From Candidatus Eiseniibacteriota bacterium (GTDB lineage Bacteria > Orphanbacterota > Orphanbacteria > Orphanbacterales > Orphanbacteraceae): 64,000 bases of DNA. The notes below the pieces were generated by a model, which was given only the letters and a program-made list of their open reading frames with translations, ran no database searches and was not told the origin of the DNA. Positions 54,153 to 63,767 of the stretch are shown here, piece by piece (position 1 is the stretch's first letter; each line of letters begins with the position of its first letter). The stretch spans positions 1 to 64,000 of the forward strand of contig JBDROZ010000026.1 of NCBI GenBank assembly GCA_043809585.1, given 5' to 3'. The position numbers and the translations under genes were made by a program.

Positions 54153-54905
54153 ATGAAGTACCGGGTGCTTGCTTCGCTTTCCGCGATTCTCCTCCTCGTC
54201 CCGGCGACGGCCCTCGGGACGTCGATCGGGGCCCCGATCACCTGGAAGGGCGGGCCTTACCTGGTCGGGTTCGAGGTGGAGACCATGCGGGACGAGGTGG
54301 ACGGGGAGCTTCTCTCCTCGAACCGCTACCTCGGCCGCCTCTCTTACAAGCTCCGGGGCCCGTGGGTTCTCTCCCTTCGCGCCGGGGGCTCGGAGATCGA
54401 GGTGCAGTCGGAGATCCACGGCCTCCCTTCCACCTTCGACGGAAGGGCGAAGTTCTCCGGCGGGATCGGCATCGGAAGCCACGGGGACCTGCCCGCGCGG
54501 GACCTCCAGTGGTTCGGCGACCTCTCCGGCCTCTACACGTACTCCGGGGGGGGGACGAGTTTTTCCACTACCGTGCAATCGAGCGTCTTCCATGAGGAGT
54601 ACGAAAACAGGTATCGTTGGGTGGAGTATCAGGCGGCCGGAGGTGTGCGGTACGAACTCCCCTTCGGCTCCGCCTACGTGGGGCTCCTCGGGCGAACCGT
54701 GGACGGGACGATCTGGCGTGAGACCTATCAGACGGGCGAGCTGGTCACGAAGAGCGAGGAGGGCTTCGGGAAGGGGCTGGACCTCTTCGGCCTCGCCGGG
54801 TTCCACATTCGCCTTCCGGGCAGGCTCCTGGTCACCGTGGGCGGCCACGCTTACGACGGCGACCACTACGCCTGGACGATCGGCATCGCCGAGTTCTCCC
54901 GCTAG
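54153..54905 (+). CDS. Putative outer-membrane beta-barrel protein
   Basis: GAGGAGG SD; signal peptide; alternating aromatic/Gly strands. Confidence 0.6.
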   Translation: MKYRVLASLSAILLLVPATALGTSIGAPITWKGGPYLVGFEVETMRDEVDGELLSSNRYLGRLSYKLRGPWVLSLRAGGSEIEVQSEIHGLPSTFDGRAKFSGGIGIGSHGDLPARDLQWFGDLSGLYTYSGGGTSFSTTVQSSVFHEEYENRYRWVEYQAAGGVRYELPFGSAYVGLLGRTVDGTIWRETYQTGELVTKSEEGFGKGLDLFGLAGFHIRLPGRLLVTVGGHAYDGDHYAWTIGIAEFSR

Positions 54906-54939
54906 CCGGGCCTCGGCATCGGTCACGACGAAAGGAACG

Positions 54940-54969
54940 GGCCCCTCCCGAGCCGGGGAGGGGCTTTTC
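54940..54969 (+). terminator. Putative terminator ending the pilM-Q operon
   Basis: GCCCCTCCC/GGGAGGGGGC stem followed by TTTT. Confidence 0.55.
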
Positions 54970-54971
54970 TC

Positions 54972-55511
54972 ATGACCGAGCGCGTCGTTCTCACCGGCAT
55001 GATGGGTTCGGGGAAGAGCGTGGTCGGGCGGATCCTCGCCCGCCGCCTCGACATCCCCTTCGTCGATCTCGACCGGATGATCGAGACCGCCGAAGCCATG
55101 TCGATCGCCCGGATCTTCTCTTCCCTCGGCGAGCCGGCGTTCCGGGAGATCGAGTCCCGCCACCTGGCGGCCGCCTGCCGCGCCTCCCGGGGGGTGCTCG
55201 CCACCGGAGGCGGGGTGGTCCTCTCCGCGGAGAACCGGCGGCGGCTGCGGCGTTGGGGCACCGTCGTCTATCTCCGGGCCACGGCGGGGACCCTTCTCGG
55301 CCGTCTGACCGAGGACGAGAAGAAGACGCGTCCCCTCCTCGGGGCCGCCGACCCGGCCGCCGCCCTCCGGTCCCTCCTCGAGTCGAGGCGGGCTCTCTAT
55401 GAGAAAGCGAAGCTCACGGTCGACACGGAGGGCCTCACCGCGGACGCCGTGGCGGACTCGGTTCTCCGGGCCATCGCCGAGAAGGGGGCGGCGGAGGGGG
55501 AAAAGCCTTGA
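54972..55511 (+). CDS. aroK: Shikimate kinase
   Basis: GMMGSGKS; GEPAFREIE; ATGGG; RPLL. Confidence 0.95.
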   Translation: MTERVVLTGMMGSGKSVVGRILARRLDIPFVDLDRMIETAEAMSIARIFSSLGEPAFREIESRHLAAACRASRGVLATGGGVVLSAENRRRLRRWGTVVYLRATAGTLLGRLTEDEKKTRPLLGAADPAAALRSLLESRRALYEKAKLTVDTEGLTADAVADSVLRAIAEKGAAEGEKP

Positions 55512-55558
55512 CCCCACTTTGCCAATCCAAATATTATCAATGAGTTGAGGGTGAACCG

Positions 55559-56116
55559 ATGAGAATCGTCGCCGGCGCCCGGCGGGGCGCCCGCCTCTAC
55601 ACGGGGAAGGCTCCCGGCTTCCGGCCCACGTCGGACCGCGTGCGGGAGGCCATCTTCGACATTCTCGGCGGTCTCACCGAAGGCCGGCGCGTGCTCGATC
55701 TCTTCGCCGGCTCGGGCGCTCTCGGGTTCGAGGCCCTCTCCCGGGGGGCGCTCGAGGCTCTCTTCGTGGAGAAGAGCCGGCGGATCGCCGGCTGGATCGA
55801 GCGAAACGGCCGGGATCTCCGATTCGACGACCGGATCACCGTCCACGCCTCGGACGCGGTCCGTTTTCTGAAGAGGGGGGAGGAGCTCGAGAAGTACGAT
55901 CTCCTCTTCGCCGACCCCCCCTACGGCGCCGGGCTCGTCCGTCCGGCCCTCGAGGGGATCGCCGCGATCCCGGGGCCCCGGCGGGTGGTTCTGGAGCGGG
56001 ACAGGCGGGAGGACCCGGGCATCCCCCGGACCGGGTGGCGCCGGGCGGCGGCCTACGGCGACACGGTGGTGGAGTTCCTGTCATTCGGGGAGTCCCCCGA
56101 GGAGGAGTCACGGTGA
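55559..56116 (+). CDS. rsmD: 16S rRNA m2G966 methyltransferase
   Basis: MRIVAG; RPTSDRVREAIF; DLFAGSGALG; DPPY. Confidence 0.95.
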   Translation: MRIVAGARRGARLYTGKAPGFRPTSDRVREAIFDILGGLTEGRRVLDLFAGSGALGFEALSRGALEALFVEKSRRIAGWIERNGRDLRFDDRITVHASDAVRFLKRGEELEKYDLLFADPPYGAGLVRPALEGIAAIPGPRRVVLERDRREDPGIPRTGWRRAAAYGDTVVEFLSFGESPEEESR

Positions 56117-56604
56117 AGACCACACTCTATCCGGGCACCTTCGACCCGGTGACGAACGGGCACATGGACCTGATCGAGCGGGGCACCCGGCTCTTCGACC
56201 GGGTCGTGGTCGGCGTGGCGGCGGCCCACCACAAGGAGAAGCCTCTCTTCTCCCACGACGAGAGGGTGGAGATGATCCGTGTAGCGAGCGCCCGGTTCGA
56301 GCAGGTCGAGGTCAGGCCCTTCGACGGGCTCCTCGTCGAATTCGCCCGGGAGGTGGGGGCGGTGTCGATCCTCCGCGGGCTCCGGGCGATCTCGGACTAC
56401 GAGTTCGAGACCCAGATGGCGTTCATGAACCGGCGGCTCGCGCCGGGCATCGAGATCGTCTTTCTGCCGGCCGACGAACGGCACACCTACGTGAATTCCA
56501 CGGTCATCAAGGAGGTCGCCCGCCTCGGCGGCGACGTTTCGGCCTTTGTTCCGGCGGGGGTCCTCGGCCGCCTCGCGGCGAAATTCGGGGGGGAGGCCGG
56601 CTGA
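56113..56604 (+). CDS. coaD: Phosphopantetheine adenylyltransferase
   Basis: YPGTFDPVTNGH; RGLRAISDYEFE. Confidence 0.95.
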   Translation: MKTTLYPGTFDPVTNGHMDLIERGTRLFDRVVVGVAAAHHKEKPLFSHDERVEMIRVASARFEQVEVRPFDGLLVEFAREVGAVSILRGLRAISDYEFETQMAFMNRRLAPGIEIVFLPADERHTYVNSTVIKEVARLGGDVSAFVPAGVLGRLAAKFGGEAG

Positions 56605-57158
56605 TGCGCCGCTGGACCCGCCTCTCCCACGAGGTCATTTTCGAGTCGCCGTACGTCGCCTTCGAGCATGACCGGTACCGGCTTCCCGACGGGGGAGAAG
56701 GGGACTACTATTACGTCCGGTCGCGGGGGGCCGTGATGATCGTGCCCGTCGACGACGAGGGGCGGGCGGTCCTCGTCCGCCAGTACCGGTATCTTCTGGA
56801 CGAGGACTCCCTCGAGTTCCCGGCCGGGGGATTGAAGAAGGGCGGGGACCCCCTGGACCAGGCGAAGGCGGAGCTCCGGGAAGAGGCGGGGGTGGAAGCG
56901 GCGTCGTGGACGGAGATCGGGCGGTTCGCCTCGTGGAACGGCGCGACCAACGAAGTCTGCCTCGTCTATCTCGCCCGGGACCTGACGCCGGCGGAGGGGA
57001 CGCCGGACAAGACCGAGGAGTTCGAGGTCCTCCGCGTCCCCTGGGGAGAGCTTCTCCGCCTCGCCGAGACGAACGAACTCTTCGACGGAATGACCCTTGC
57101 GTCGGTCGCCCTGGCGCGTAGATTTGTGGAGGGGCCCCGCGCCCCCGCGGAGGAGTGA
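56604..57158 (+). CDS. NUDIX hydrolase (ADP-ribose pyrophosphatase-like)
   Basis: [21 protein letters not shown]. Confidence 0.9.
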   Translation: MRRWTRLSHEVIFESPYVAFEHDRYRLPDGGEGDYYYVRSRGAVMIVPVDDEGRAVLVRQYRYLLDEDSLEFPAGGLKKGGDPLDQAKAELREEAGVEAASWTEIGRFASWNGATNEVCLVYLARDLTPAEGTPDKTEEFEVLRVPWGELLRLAETNELFDGMTLASVALARRFVEGPRAPAEE

Positions 57159-57163
57159 GAACG

Positions 57164-57451
57164 ATGCCGACCTACGAGTACGAATGCCAACGCTGCGGGC
57201 ATCGGTTCGAACGGTTTCAGAGCATGACCGATGAGCCGGTGAAACGGTGTCCCGAGTGCCGGGGAAAGGTGAACCGCCTTCTCTCCGGCGGGGCCGGGTT
57301 CATCTTCAAGGGATCGGGCTTCTACATCACCGACTACCGCAGCGACCAATACAAAAAGCAGGCGAAGCAGGAAAGCTCCTCCTCTTCCGAGAGCGAGCCG
57401 AAGCCGAAGAAGGACTCGAAGCCCCCCGGAAAGAAGGAACCCTCGGAATAG
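57164..57451 (+). CDS. FmdB-family zinc-ribbon protein
   Basis: [12 protein letters not shown]...[15 protein letters not shown]. Confidence 0.9.
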   Translation: MPTYEYECQRCGHRFERFQSMTDEPVKRCPECRGKVNRLLSGGAGFIFKGSGFYITDYRSDQYKKQAKQESSSSSESEPKPKKDSKPPGKKEPSE

Positions 57452-57524
57452 TCCCTTTCGATCCCGCCGGTCCCGCTCGGAATCCGGCGCGCCCGGCGCC
57501 TACGCGCGGGGGGAGGTCGTCCCC

Positions 57525-58505
57525 ATTCGTTTCGTCGATCGAGCCACCATCGAAGTCGAGTCGGGGGGTGGAGGCAACGGCTGTTCCAGCTTCCGGCGGG
57601 AGCGCTTTCTCCCGAAGGGGGGGCCGGACGGCGGCGACGGCGGCCGGGGGGGCTCCGTCGTTCTCGTCGCCGATCCCCGGAAGAGGACTCTCCTCGACTT
57701 CCGCTACAAGAGCGCCTTCCGGGCGGCCCGGGGGGCCCACGGCCAAGGGGCCCGGAAGGACGGGAAGGACGGGGAGGACTTGATCATCGCCGTTCCGCCG
57801 GGAACGGTGGTGACCGACGCGGAGACGGGGGAAACGATCGCGGACCTGACCGAGGCGGACGGGCGGGTCGTGGTCGCCCGGGGGGGGCGGGGCGGGTGGG
57901 GCAACGTGCGCTTCGCCACGTCCACCGACCGCACCCCGCGCCGCGCCGAGCCGGGGGGGCCCGGCCAGGCGAGGCGCATCGACCTGGAACTGAAGCTGCT
58001 CGCCGATGCCGGTCTGGTCGGCCTCCCGAACGCGGGCAAGTCGACCTTTCTCGCCCGGGTCTCGGCGGCGCGGCCGAAGATCGCCGATTACCCCTTCACC
58101 ACCCTCGAGCCGAACCTCGGGCTCGTCCGTGTCGACACCTTCGAGTCCTTCCTCCTCGCCGACATCCCGGGGCTCATCGAGGGGGCGAGCGAGGGGAAAG
58201 GTTTGGGCCTCGACTTTCTCCGGCACATCGAGCGGTGCCGGGTACTGATCTACCTCGTGGACGGCACCGGCGAGAATCCGGTCGCCGACCTCGCCGTGCT
58301 CCGGGACGAGCTCCGCCGGTACCGGGCCGACCTCCTGGAGCGCTCCTCCCTCACGGTCTGGAACAAGATGGACGCCGTCCCCGATCCGTCCCTTCTCCCC
58401 GAGCCCGAGGGGGGCGCGTGGCGCATCTCGGCCGCCACGGGGGAAGGGGTCCGGGAACTCGTCTTCGAGATCCACCGGCGGATCCGGGAGGGGGAGGATG
58501 AATAG
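57525..58505 (+). CDS. obgE: GTPase Obg/CgtA with probable ATT start
   Basis: In-frame (I/M)RFVDRATI...GGPDGGDGGRGG upstream of ORF 57780; GLPNAGKST; DYPFTT; DIPG; NKMD. Confidence 0.93.
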   Translation: MRFVDRATIEVESGGGGNGCSSFRRERFLPKGGPDGGDGGRGGSVVLVADPRKRTLLDFRYKSAFRAARGAHGQGARKDGKDGEDLIIAVPPGTVVTDAETGETIADLTEADGRVVVARGGRGGWGNVRFATSTDRTPRRAEPGGPGQARRIDLELKLLADAGLVGLPNAGKSTFLARVSAARPKIADYPFTTLEPNLGLVRVDTFESFLLADIPGLIEGASEGKGLGLDFLRHIERCRVLIYLVDGTGENPVADLAVLRDELRRYRADLLERSSLTVWNKMDAVPDPSLLPEPEGGAWRISAATGEGVRELVFEIHRRIREGEDE

Positions 58506-59589
58506 GGAGCGGGAGGCGTGGGTCGCCCTCCACCTGGCGCCCGGCGCGTCGGGCCGCCGCAAACGGACCCTTCTCGAGGCCTTCGGGTCGCCGGAGGCCG
58601 TCCTCGCGGAGAGCCCGGACCGGATCGCCGGGCTCCTTCCTCTCGGAGGGGGCCGGGCGGGCGGGCTTCATCCCCGGGAGGGGCGTGCGGCCAAGGTCCT
58701 CGCCGATCTCTTCCGGGCGGGGGGTGACCTTCTCGTCTGGAACGACGAGGACTACCCTCCATTATTAAAAGAGACTTATGACCCGCCCCTCGTGTTGTTT
58801 CTGAAGGGAAATCGAGAAGCCCTCCGGCGGAGGACCGTGGGGATCGTGGGCGCCCGGAAGGCGGATCCGGACGCGGCCGACTGGACCTCCTCCATGGCGG
58901 AGGTGCTCGCCCGATCGGGCTTCTCCGTGGTCTCGGGGCTCGCCGAGGGGATCGACGGCGCCGCCCACCGGGGCGCCCTCCGGGGGGGGGGGACCACCGT
59001 CGCCGTCCTCGGCACCGGTCTCGACCAGGTCTATCCCGTCGCCCACGGAGATCTCGCCCGGGAGATCACGGAGAACGGCGTGCTCCTCACCGAATTCCCG
59101 CCGGGGACGGGGCCGCGGCCCGCCCATTTCCCGAGGAGGAACCGCATCATCGCGGGGCTCTCGTCCGCTGTTCTCGTCGCCCAGGCGGCGGAACGGAGCG
59201 GCGCCGGAATCACGGCGCGCCTCGCCCTCGAATCGTCCCGGGACGTATTCGTTCTCGCCGCGCCCCCGTGGGACGAGCGTTTCGCGGGCAATCGCCGTCT
59301 CGCCCGCGAGGGGGCGGCGGTGGTGCAGGACGGGGAAGAGGTGGCCCTCCGGCTCGGCGTCACTCCCGTGGAAGGGGGGGCGTCCGGGAGGCCCTCCCTC
59401 GAACTGCTGGGAGGGGACGAGCGGGCGGTGGCCTCCCTCCTCGAAGAGGGGCCCCGGAGGGCGGACGAGATTTGCCGGGAGACGGGCAAAGGGGCGGCGG
59501 ACGTACTGGCGATCCTGATGGCCCTCGAACTGGGGGGGTGGGTGACGGAACGGCCGGGCGGCAACTACGCGATCCGGGGAGCGTCGTGA
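58498..59589 (+). CDS. dprA: DNA-processing protein A
   Basis: VSGLAEGIDGAAH; FPRRNRIIAGLS; C-terminal winged helix. Confidence 0.95.
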   Translation: MNREREAWVALHLAPGASGRRKRTLLEAFGSPEAVLAESPDRIAGLLPLGGGRAGGLHPREGRAAKVLADLFRAGGDLLVWNDEDYPPLLKETYDPPLVLFLKGNREALRRRTVGIVGARKADPDAADWTSSMAEVLARSGFSVVSGLAEGIDGAAHRGALRGGGTTVAVLGTGLDQVYPVAHGDLAREITENGVLLTEFPPGTGPRPAHFPRRNRIIAGLSSAVLVAQAAERSGAGITARLALESSRDVFVLAAPPWDERFAGNRRLAREGAAVVQDGEEVALRLGVTPVEGGASGRPSLELLGGDERAVASLLEEGPRRADEICRETGKGAADVLAILMALELGGWVTERPGGNYAIRGAS

Positions 59590-60506
59590 GCGGGCCGGCC
59601 CGTCCCAAGATGAGCCACCGTATCGAGGATGCCGCACTCCGGGCCGCCCTCTTTCTCCTCGGCCCTCTCGGATGGCGGGGGACCCAGCGCCTCGGCGCCG
59701 CCGCCGGCTCCCTCGCCTATCGGATCGTGCGGAAGCGCCGGGACGTGACCGCCGCGAACATCTCCCGGGCCTTCCCCGAAAAGAGCGGCGCCGAAGTGGA
59801 TGCCCTCGTCCGGGAAACCTACCGATCCTGGGGGAGGACCTTCTTCGAGTTCGCCCGGTTCGGCGCCATGGGGCCCGGCGAGGTCCGGCGCCTCGTCCGA
59901 ATCGATAATTGCGGCATCCTCGATGAAGTGCTCGCCGAAGGGAAAGGGGCGGTTCTCTTCACGGGCCACTTCGGGAACTTCGACCTCTTCGGCGCCGCCG
60001 TCGTGGCCCGGGGGTACCCCCTCTCGGTGTTGGTTCAGCGCCAGAGCAACCGGATCGTGGACGAGAGGATGCGCCGCTACCGGGAGAGGATGGGAGCGAG
60101 GGTGATCTACCGGGGGCCGAACGCGCGGGAGATCGTCCGCGCCCTCCGGGAGGGGCGCCTCGTGGCGATCGTCGGCGACCAGGACGCCCGGGAAGCGGGG
60201 GTCTTCGTCGATTTCCTCGGTGCCCCGGCGTCGACGCCCAAGGGGCCGGCCCTCTTCGCCCGCCGGTACGGAGCGCCCATCATCTTCTGCGCCGGGGAGC
60301 GGCAGGAGGACGGGACCCACGTCTGCCGGTTCGAGGGGCCGATCCGGCCCGACCTCGCCGCGGACGAGGAGACGGAGGTGATGCGCCTGACGTCGGATCT
60401 CGCGGGCCGCCTCGAAACGGCCGTCCGCCTCCGGCCGGACCACTACTTCTGGATGCACCGGCGGTGGAAGACGAAACCCCCCGCCGCGGAAGGTGCCGCC
60501 TCATGA
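59586..60506 (+). CDS. lpxL: Lipid A late acyltransferase (LpxL/HtrB family)
   Basis: GHFGNFD; DQ; P.HYFWMHRRWK. Confidence 0.85.
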   Translation: MSGPARPKMSHRIEDAALRAALFLLGPLGWRGTQRLGAAAGSLAYRIVRKRRDVTAANISRAFPEKSGAEVDALVRETYRSWGRTFFEFARFGAMGPGEVRRLVRIDNCGILDEVLAEGKGAVLFTGHFGNFDLFGAAVVARGYPLSVLVQRQSNRIVDERMRRYRERMGARVIYRGPNAREIVRALREGRLVAIVGDQDAREAGVFVDFLGAPASTPKGPALFARRYGAPIIFCAGERQEDGTHVCRFEGPIRPDLAADEETEVMRLTSDLAGRLETAVRLRPDHYFWMHRRWKTKPPAAEGAAS

Positions 60507-61483
60507 CCCGGGTTGCCGTGATCGGCACGATCAATCACGACCGGATCATCGCGCCGGACGGCGCCGTTCACGAGGACCTCGGCGGCATCCTTTACAACGT
60601 GCTCACCCTCGCCCCCTTCGCGGGGGAGGATGTGAGGGTCGTCCCCGTCGCCCGCCTCGGCGCGGAGCAGAGACCGGAGGTGGAGCGGCTCCTCGCGTCC
60701 CGGAGCAACGTGGACCTCTCCCGGCTCCTCTGGTCCGACTCGGGGACGAACGAGACGGTGCTCCGCTATCTCGGGCCGGACGAGCGGGAGGAGACCCTCA
60801 TCGAGCGGATCGAGCCGCTGACCGCCGGGGATCTCGCCTTCGCCCGGGAGTGCGACCTCCTCCTCGTCAACATGATCTGGGGGAAGGAAGTGACGCCTCC
60901 GCTCCTCGCCCTCCTCGCCTCGGGCGGGGCGCCCCTCCTCCTCGACATCCAGAGCCTGACGCTCACCTTCCAGTCCGGTCCCGACCGGGGTTACCGGAAC
61001 ATCCCCGAATGGAGGGAGTGGGCCCGGCCGGCGTCCATGATCAAGGGGAACGAGGAGGAGGTCCGTTGGTTTCTCGGGGAAGGGGGGCCTTTCGGGGGAA
61101 CCCTCCGGGAGGGGGCGGAGCTTCTCCTCGGCGCGGGGCCCGCGGCGGCGGTGATCACCCGGGCGACGGCCGGCTTCTCCCTCGCGTGGAAGACGGCCTC
61201 GGGCGTCCGATGGATGGAGGCGCCCGCGGTGCCGGTGCCCCGGGAGGAGTGGGCGGACATGACGGGGTGCGGGGACGCCTTCACGTCGGGCTACGCCCTC
61301 GGGCTCCTCCGAGGGGAAAGCCCGCCCGAAGCGGCCCTCCTCGGGGCCGCCCTCGGCGCCCTCGTCTGCCGCACGAGGGGTCTCCGGGCGCTCCGGAACC
61401 TGGGCGATCCCCTGGCTCTCCGTGAAGCGGCCTACGGCGATCTGCTCCGGGCGCTCCGTGAAAGGGCCCCGGAGGGGCGTTAG
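60503..61483 (+). CDS. PfkB-family carbohydrate kinase
   Basis: GTINHD; LGG; NEEE; DMTGCGDAF. Confidence 0.85.
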   Translation: MTRVAVIGTINHDRIIAPDGAVHEDLGGILYNVLTLAPFAGEDVRVVPVARLGAEQRPEVERLLASRSNVDLSRLLWSDSGTNETVLRYLGPDEREETLIERIEPLTAGDLAFARECDLLLVNMIWGKEVTPPLLALLASGGAPLLLDIQSLTLTFQSGPDRGYRNIPEWREWARPASMIKGNEEEVRWFLGEGGPFGGTLREGAELLLGAGPAAAVITRATAGFSLAWKTASGVRWMEAPAVPVPREEWADMTGCGDAFTSGYALGLLRGESPPEAALLGAALGALVCRTRGLRALRNLGDPLALREAAYGDLLRALRERAPEGR

Positions 61484-61791
61484 CCTTCCGGACCTTGCTG
61501 GCGGAACCCGATTCCGGCCCCCGGATCGGTTCGGCCGGCGACCTTGATCGTCCCGTTCTTCTCCTCGTAGATGCCGATGTTCTTCTGCAGGGTTTCCAAC
61601 AAGGCCTTCGCGTTCGGCGGCGTCATGACGATCCGGGAAAAGACCTTCGCCTTCGGCGCCCCCGGAAGGATCCGGGCGAAGTCGAGGATGAACTCCGACG
61701 GGCTGTGGGAGAGGAGCACGAAATTGGAGTAGATCCCCTCCGCCTCCTTCTCACCCAGCTCCACGTTCAGTTTCGGTTTTTGATGCTCCAT
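61480..61791 (-). CDS. DUF3467-family protein
   Basis: AEGIYSNF..LSHSPSEFILDF...SRIVMTP.NAK. Confidence 0.85.
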   Translation of the reverse strand: MEHQKPKLNVELGEKEAEGIYSNFVLLSHSPSEFILDFARILPGAPKAKVFSRIVMTPPNAKALLETLQKNIGIYEEKNGTIKVAGRTDPGAGIGFRQQGPEG

Positions 61792-61802
61792 TGAATTTTC
61801 TC

Positions 61803-63626
61803 CTATCGCAGGATCGCGATTTTCCCTGTCTTCGTTTCCCTGGAAGTCCGAATGACGTAGAGGTAGACGCCGGAGGCGACCTCCCGCCCCGAGTCGTTCC
61901 GTCCATCCCAAGACGCCTGGAAGCCCGCGCCGTTCTCATCCGAGTCGATCTCGCCCTCCTCCTCGAGGAGGCGCACCCGCGTTCCGAGGAGATCGAAAAT
62001 CTCGATGACCGGCTCCCCGCCGACGCCATCGGACGGCTTGTACTCGATCCAGACCTCGCCGCCTCCCGACGCGCGCCACGGGTTCGGGTAGACGTACGGC
62101 CCGCCGGGGGGCCCTTCCTCCATGTCGAGATCGAAGGTGATTCGAGAGCCGTTCAGGCGGATGTCGGTCACCGAGACGCCCGAGAAGCGCCCGCCGTAGA
62201 GATCGGTGGAGGGGTCCGTGTCGGGCGTCCAGTCGGTGACGAGCGGCGTGGGGAAGAAGTCCTCCTGTTCCCCCAGATAGCCGGGGTCGCCGATGGACGA
62301 GATGTCCCCCGGAACGCCGTCGCCCGCCTCGACGAGGAGGGCGAGCCGCTTCTCGATCGCGGAGGAGTCGTTCGACGCGCGGCGCTCGTTGATGTGCCAG
62401 ACCAGCATCCCCTTGCCGGGGATTTCCGCGTCGAAGCCGACCCGGTCCCGGTTCTCGAGGAGGAAGTACTCTCCCGTGCCGCCTCCGTTCTCCCAGTCGA
62501 CTTCCTTCGGGTTCGCCAGGACGCGGACCACCGGTCCCCCCCGTTCGATGGCGTCCATGGTGACCGTCACGGGGCCTTCGAAGGAGGAGGGTTCGTACGA
62601 CTCCGGATTCGCCCAGCCGAGCCAGCTCTTGAAGAACGGATTGAAGTGGGCCGGAAGCCCCCCCGCGAGGGTCCCGCCCGTCGCCTGGAAGGGAAGGAGG
62701 GACCCCGCGTCCATGAGGCAGTAGACGCCGAGGGTCGATTCCTGGATCGTGGCGCCGCCGCTCACATAGGTCCGGTAGAGATCGGGGAGGCCGAGGATGT
62801 GGCCGAACTCGTGGGCGTAGACGCCGGTCTGCCCGATCTCGGGGACCAGGTCGTAGGGGCCGACCAGGACCCCGTCGATCTCGGTCGGTCCCATGAACGC
62901 CACCACCGCGGGGTCGTTCAGGTCCGACATGTGGGACCAAATCTGGCTCGCGCCGATCGTCTCGTAGGCCCCTTCCGCCCCCCGGCCGGCGTGGATGACG
63001 ATCACGCCGTCCACGACGCCGTCCCCGTCCGAGTCGAACCGGGAAAAGTCGAGTCCCCCCTCGTCGGCGAGAGTCACCGCCTCGCGGACGATTCCCCACA
63101 CGTTCGAGGGGTAAGGCTCCGCGGCGAACGCCTCGGCCCGGGTGTCGAAACCGTAGTCGTCATCCGAGGGCGACAGGCCGTCGCCGTTCACGTAATGCCC
63201 GTAGGGGAGCGCCGACCGGTACCAACCTTCCACCTCGCCGCCGAGCCGAAACGCGCCGTTCGAGTTTTCGAGATAGTAATCCCGGACCGTCTCGTTCCCG
63301 GCCCCCGTTCCCTGAAAGAAGGCGCGGTCGAAATGGGAGGGGGGGTAGACGGTCGGCCGGGACTGCTCGTCCTCCCAGTCGATCAGGATGACCAGGGCCG
63401 TGAAGCTGTCGGGGGCCGCCTCCGGGAGACGGTCCTTTCGGGCGGGGTAGATCCCCGCCCCCGCGATTTCGGCCCGGCCCGCCTTCTTCCCCGGCCCCTC
63501 ATCCCTGATGGAGTCGTGAAGGTAGAGGCACGAGACCGGAAGGGGGCGACCCTCCGGCGCGGCCTGGGCCGCCGAGGCGATGAGAATCGCCGCGAGGACC
63601 CCGATCGTTCCGCTCTTGATGCTCAT
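61803..63626 (-). CDS. Secreted M6-family metalloprotease with FlgD-Ig/YPNP C-terminal domain
   Basis: Signal peptide; VIHAG; AHEFGHILGLPDLY; EYFLLENR; YPNP...WDGRNDSGREVASGVY. Confidence 0.9.
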   Translation of the reverse strand: MSIKSGTIGVLAAILIASAAQAAPEGRPLPVSCLYLHDSIRDEGPGKKAGRAEIAGAGIYPARKDRLPEAAPDSFTALVILIDWEDEQSRPTVYPPSHFDRAFFQGTGAGNETVRDYYLENSNGAFRLGGEVEGWYRSALPYGHYVNGDGLSPSDDDYGFDTRAEAFAAEPYPSNVWGIVREAVTLADEGGLDFSRFDSDGDGVVDGVIVIHAGRGAEGAYETIGASQIWSHMSDLNDPAVVAFMGPTEIDGVLVGPYDLVPEIGQTGVYAHEFGHILGLPDLYRTYVSGGATIQESTLGVYCLMDAGSLLPFQATGGTLAGGLPAHFNPFFKSWLGWANPESYEPSSFEGPVTVTMDAIERGGPVVRVLANPKEVDWENGGGTGEYFLLENRDRVGFDAEIPGKGMLVWHINERRASNDSSAIEKRLALLVEAGDGVPGDISSIGDPGYLGEQEDFFPTPLVTDWTPDTDPSTDLYGGRFSGVSVTDIRLNGSRITFDLDMEEGPPGGPYVYPNPWRASGGGEVWIEYKPSDGVGGEPVIEIFDLLGTRVRLLEEEGEIDSDENGAGFQASWDGRNDSGREVASGVYLYVIRTSRETKTGKIAILR

Positions 63627-63707
63627 GGATTCTCCCTAGGCCCTTCGAGAGAGCCGGTTCACTATACAAGGTAGGCCGGACGGGCCGCAAGGCAAGGGGC
63701 CGGAGCG

Positions 63708-63736
63708 TTGACCGCCGGTCGGGGCCGTGCTACTTT
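63708..63736 (+). promoter_or_regulatory. Sigma70-type promoter
   Basis: TTGACC-N17-TACTTT with extended TG; a divergent TTGCGG-N18-TATAGT lies on the - strand at 63661-63690. Confidence 0.55.
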
Positions 63737-63767
63737 CCCGGCGTGACCCGCGTTGGAGGAGACCCTC

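Noticed and set aside
57780-58505. N-terminally truncated Obg as given by the ORF track
   Set aside because: The conserved glycine-rich N-terminus continues in frame up to 57525
61791-63674. 627-aa + strand ORF
   Set aside because: Antisense shadow of the M6 protease gene
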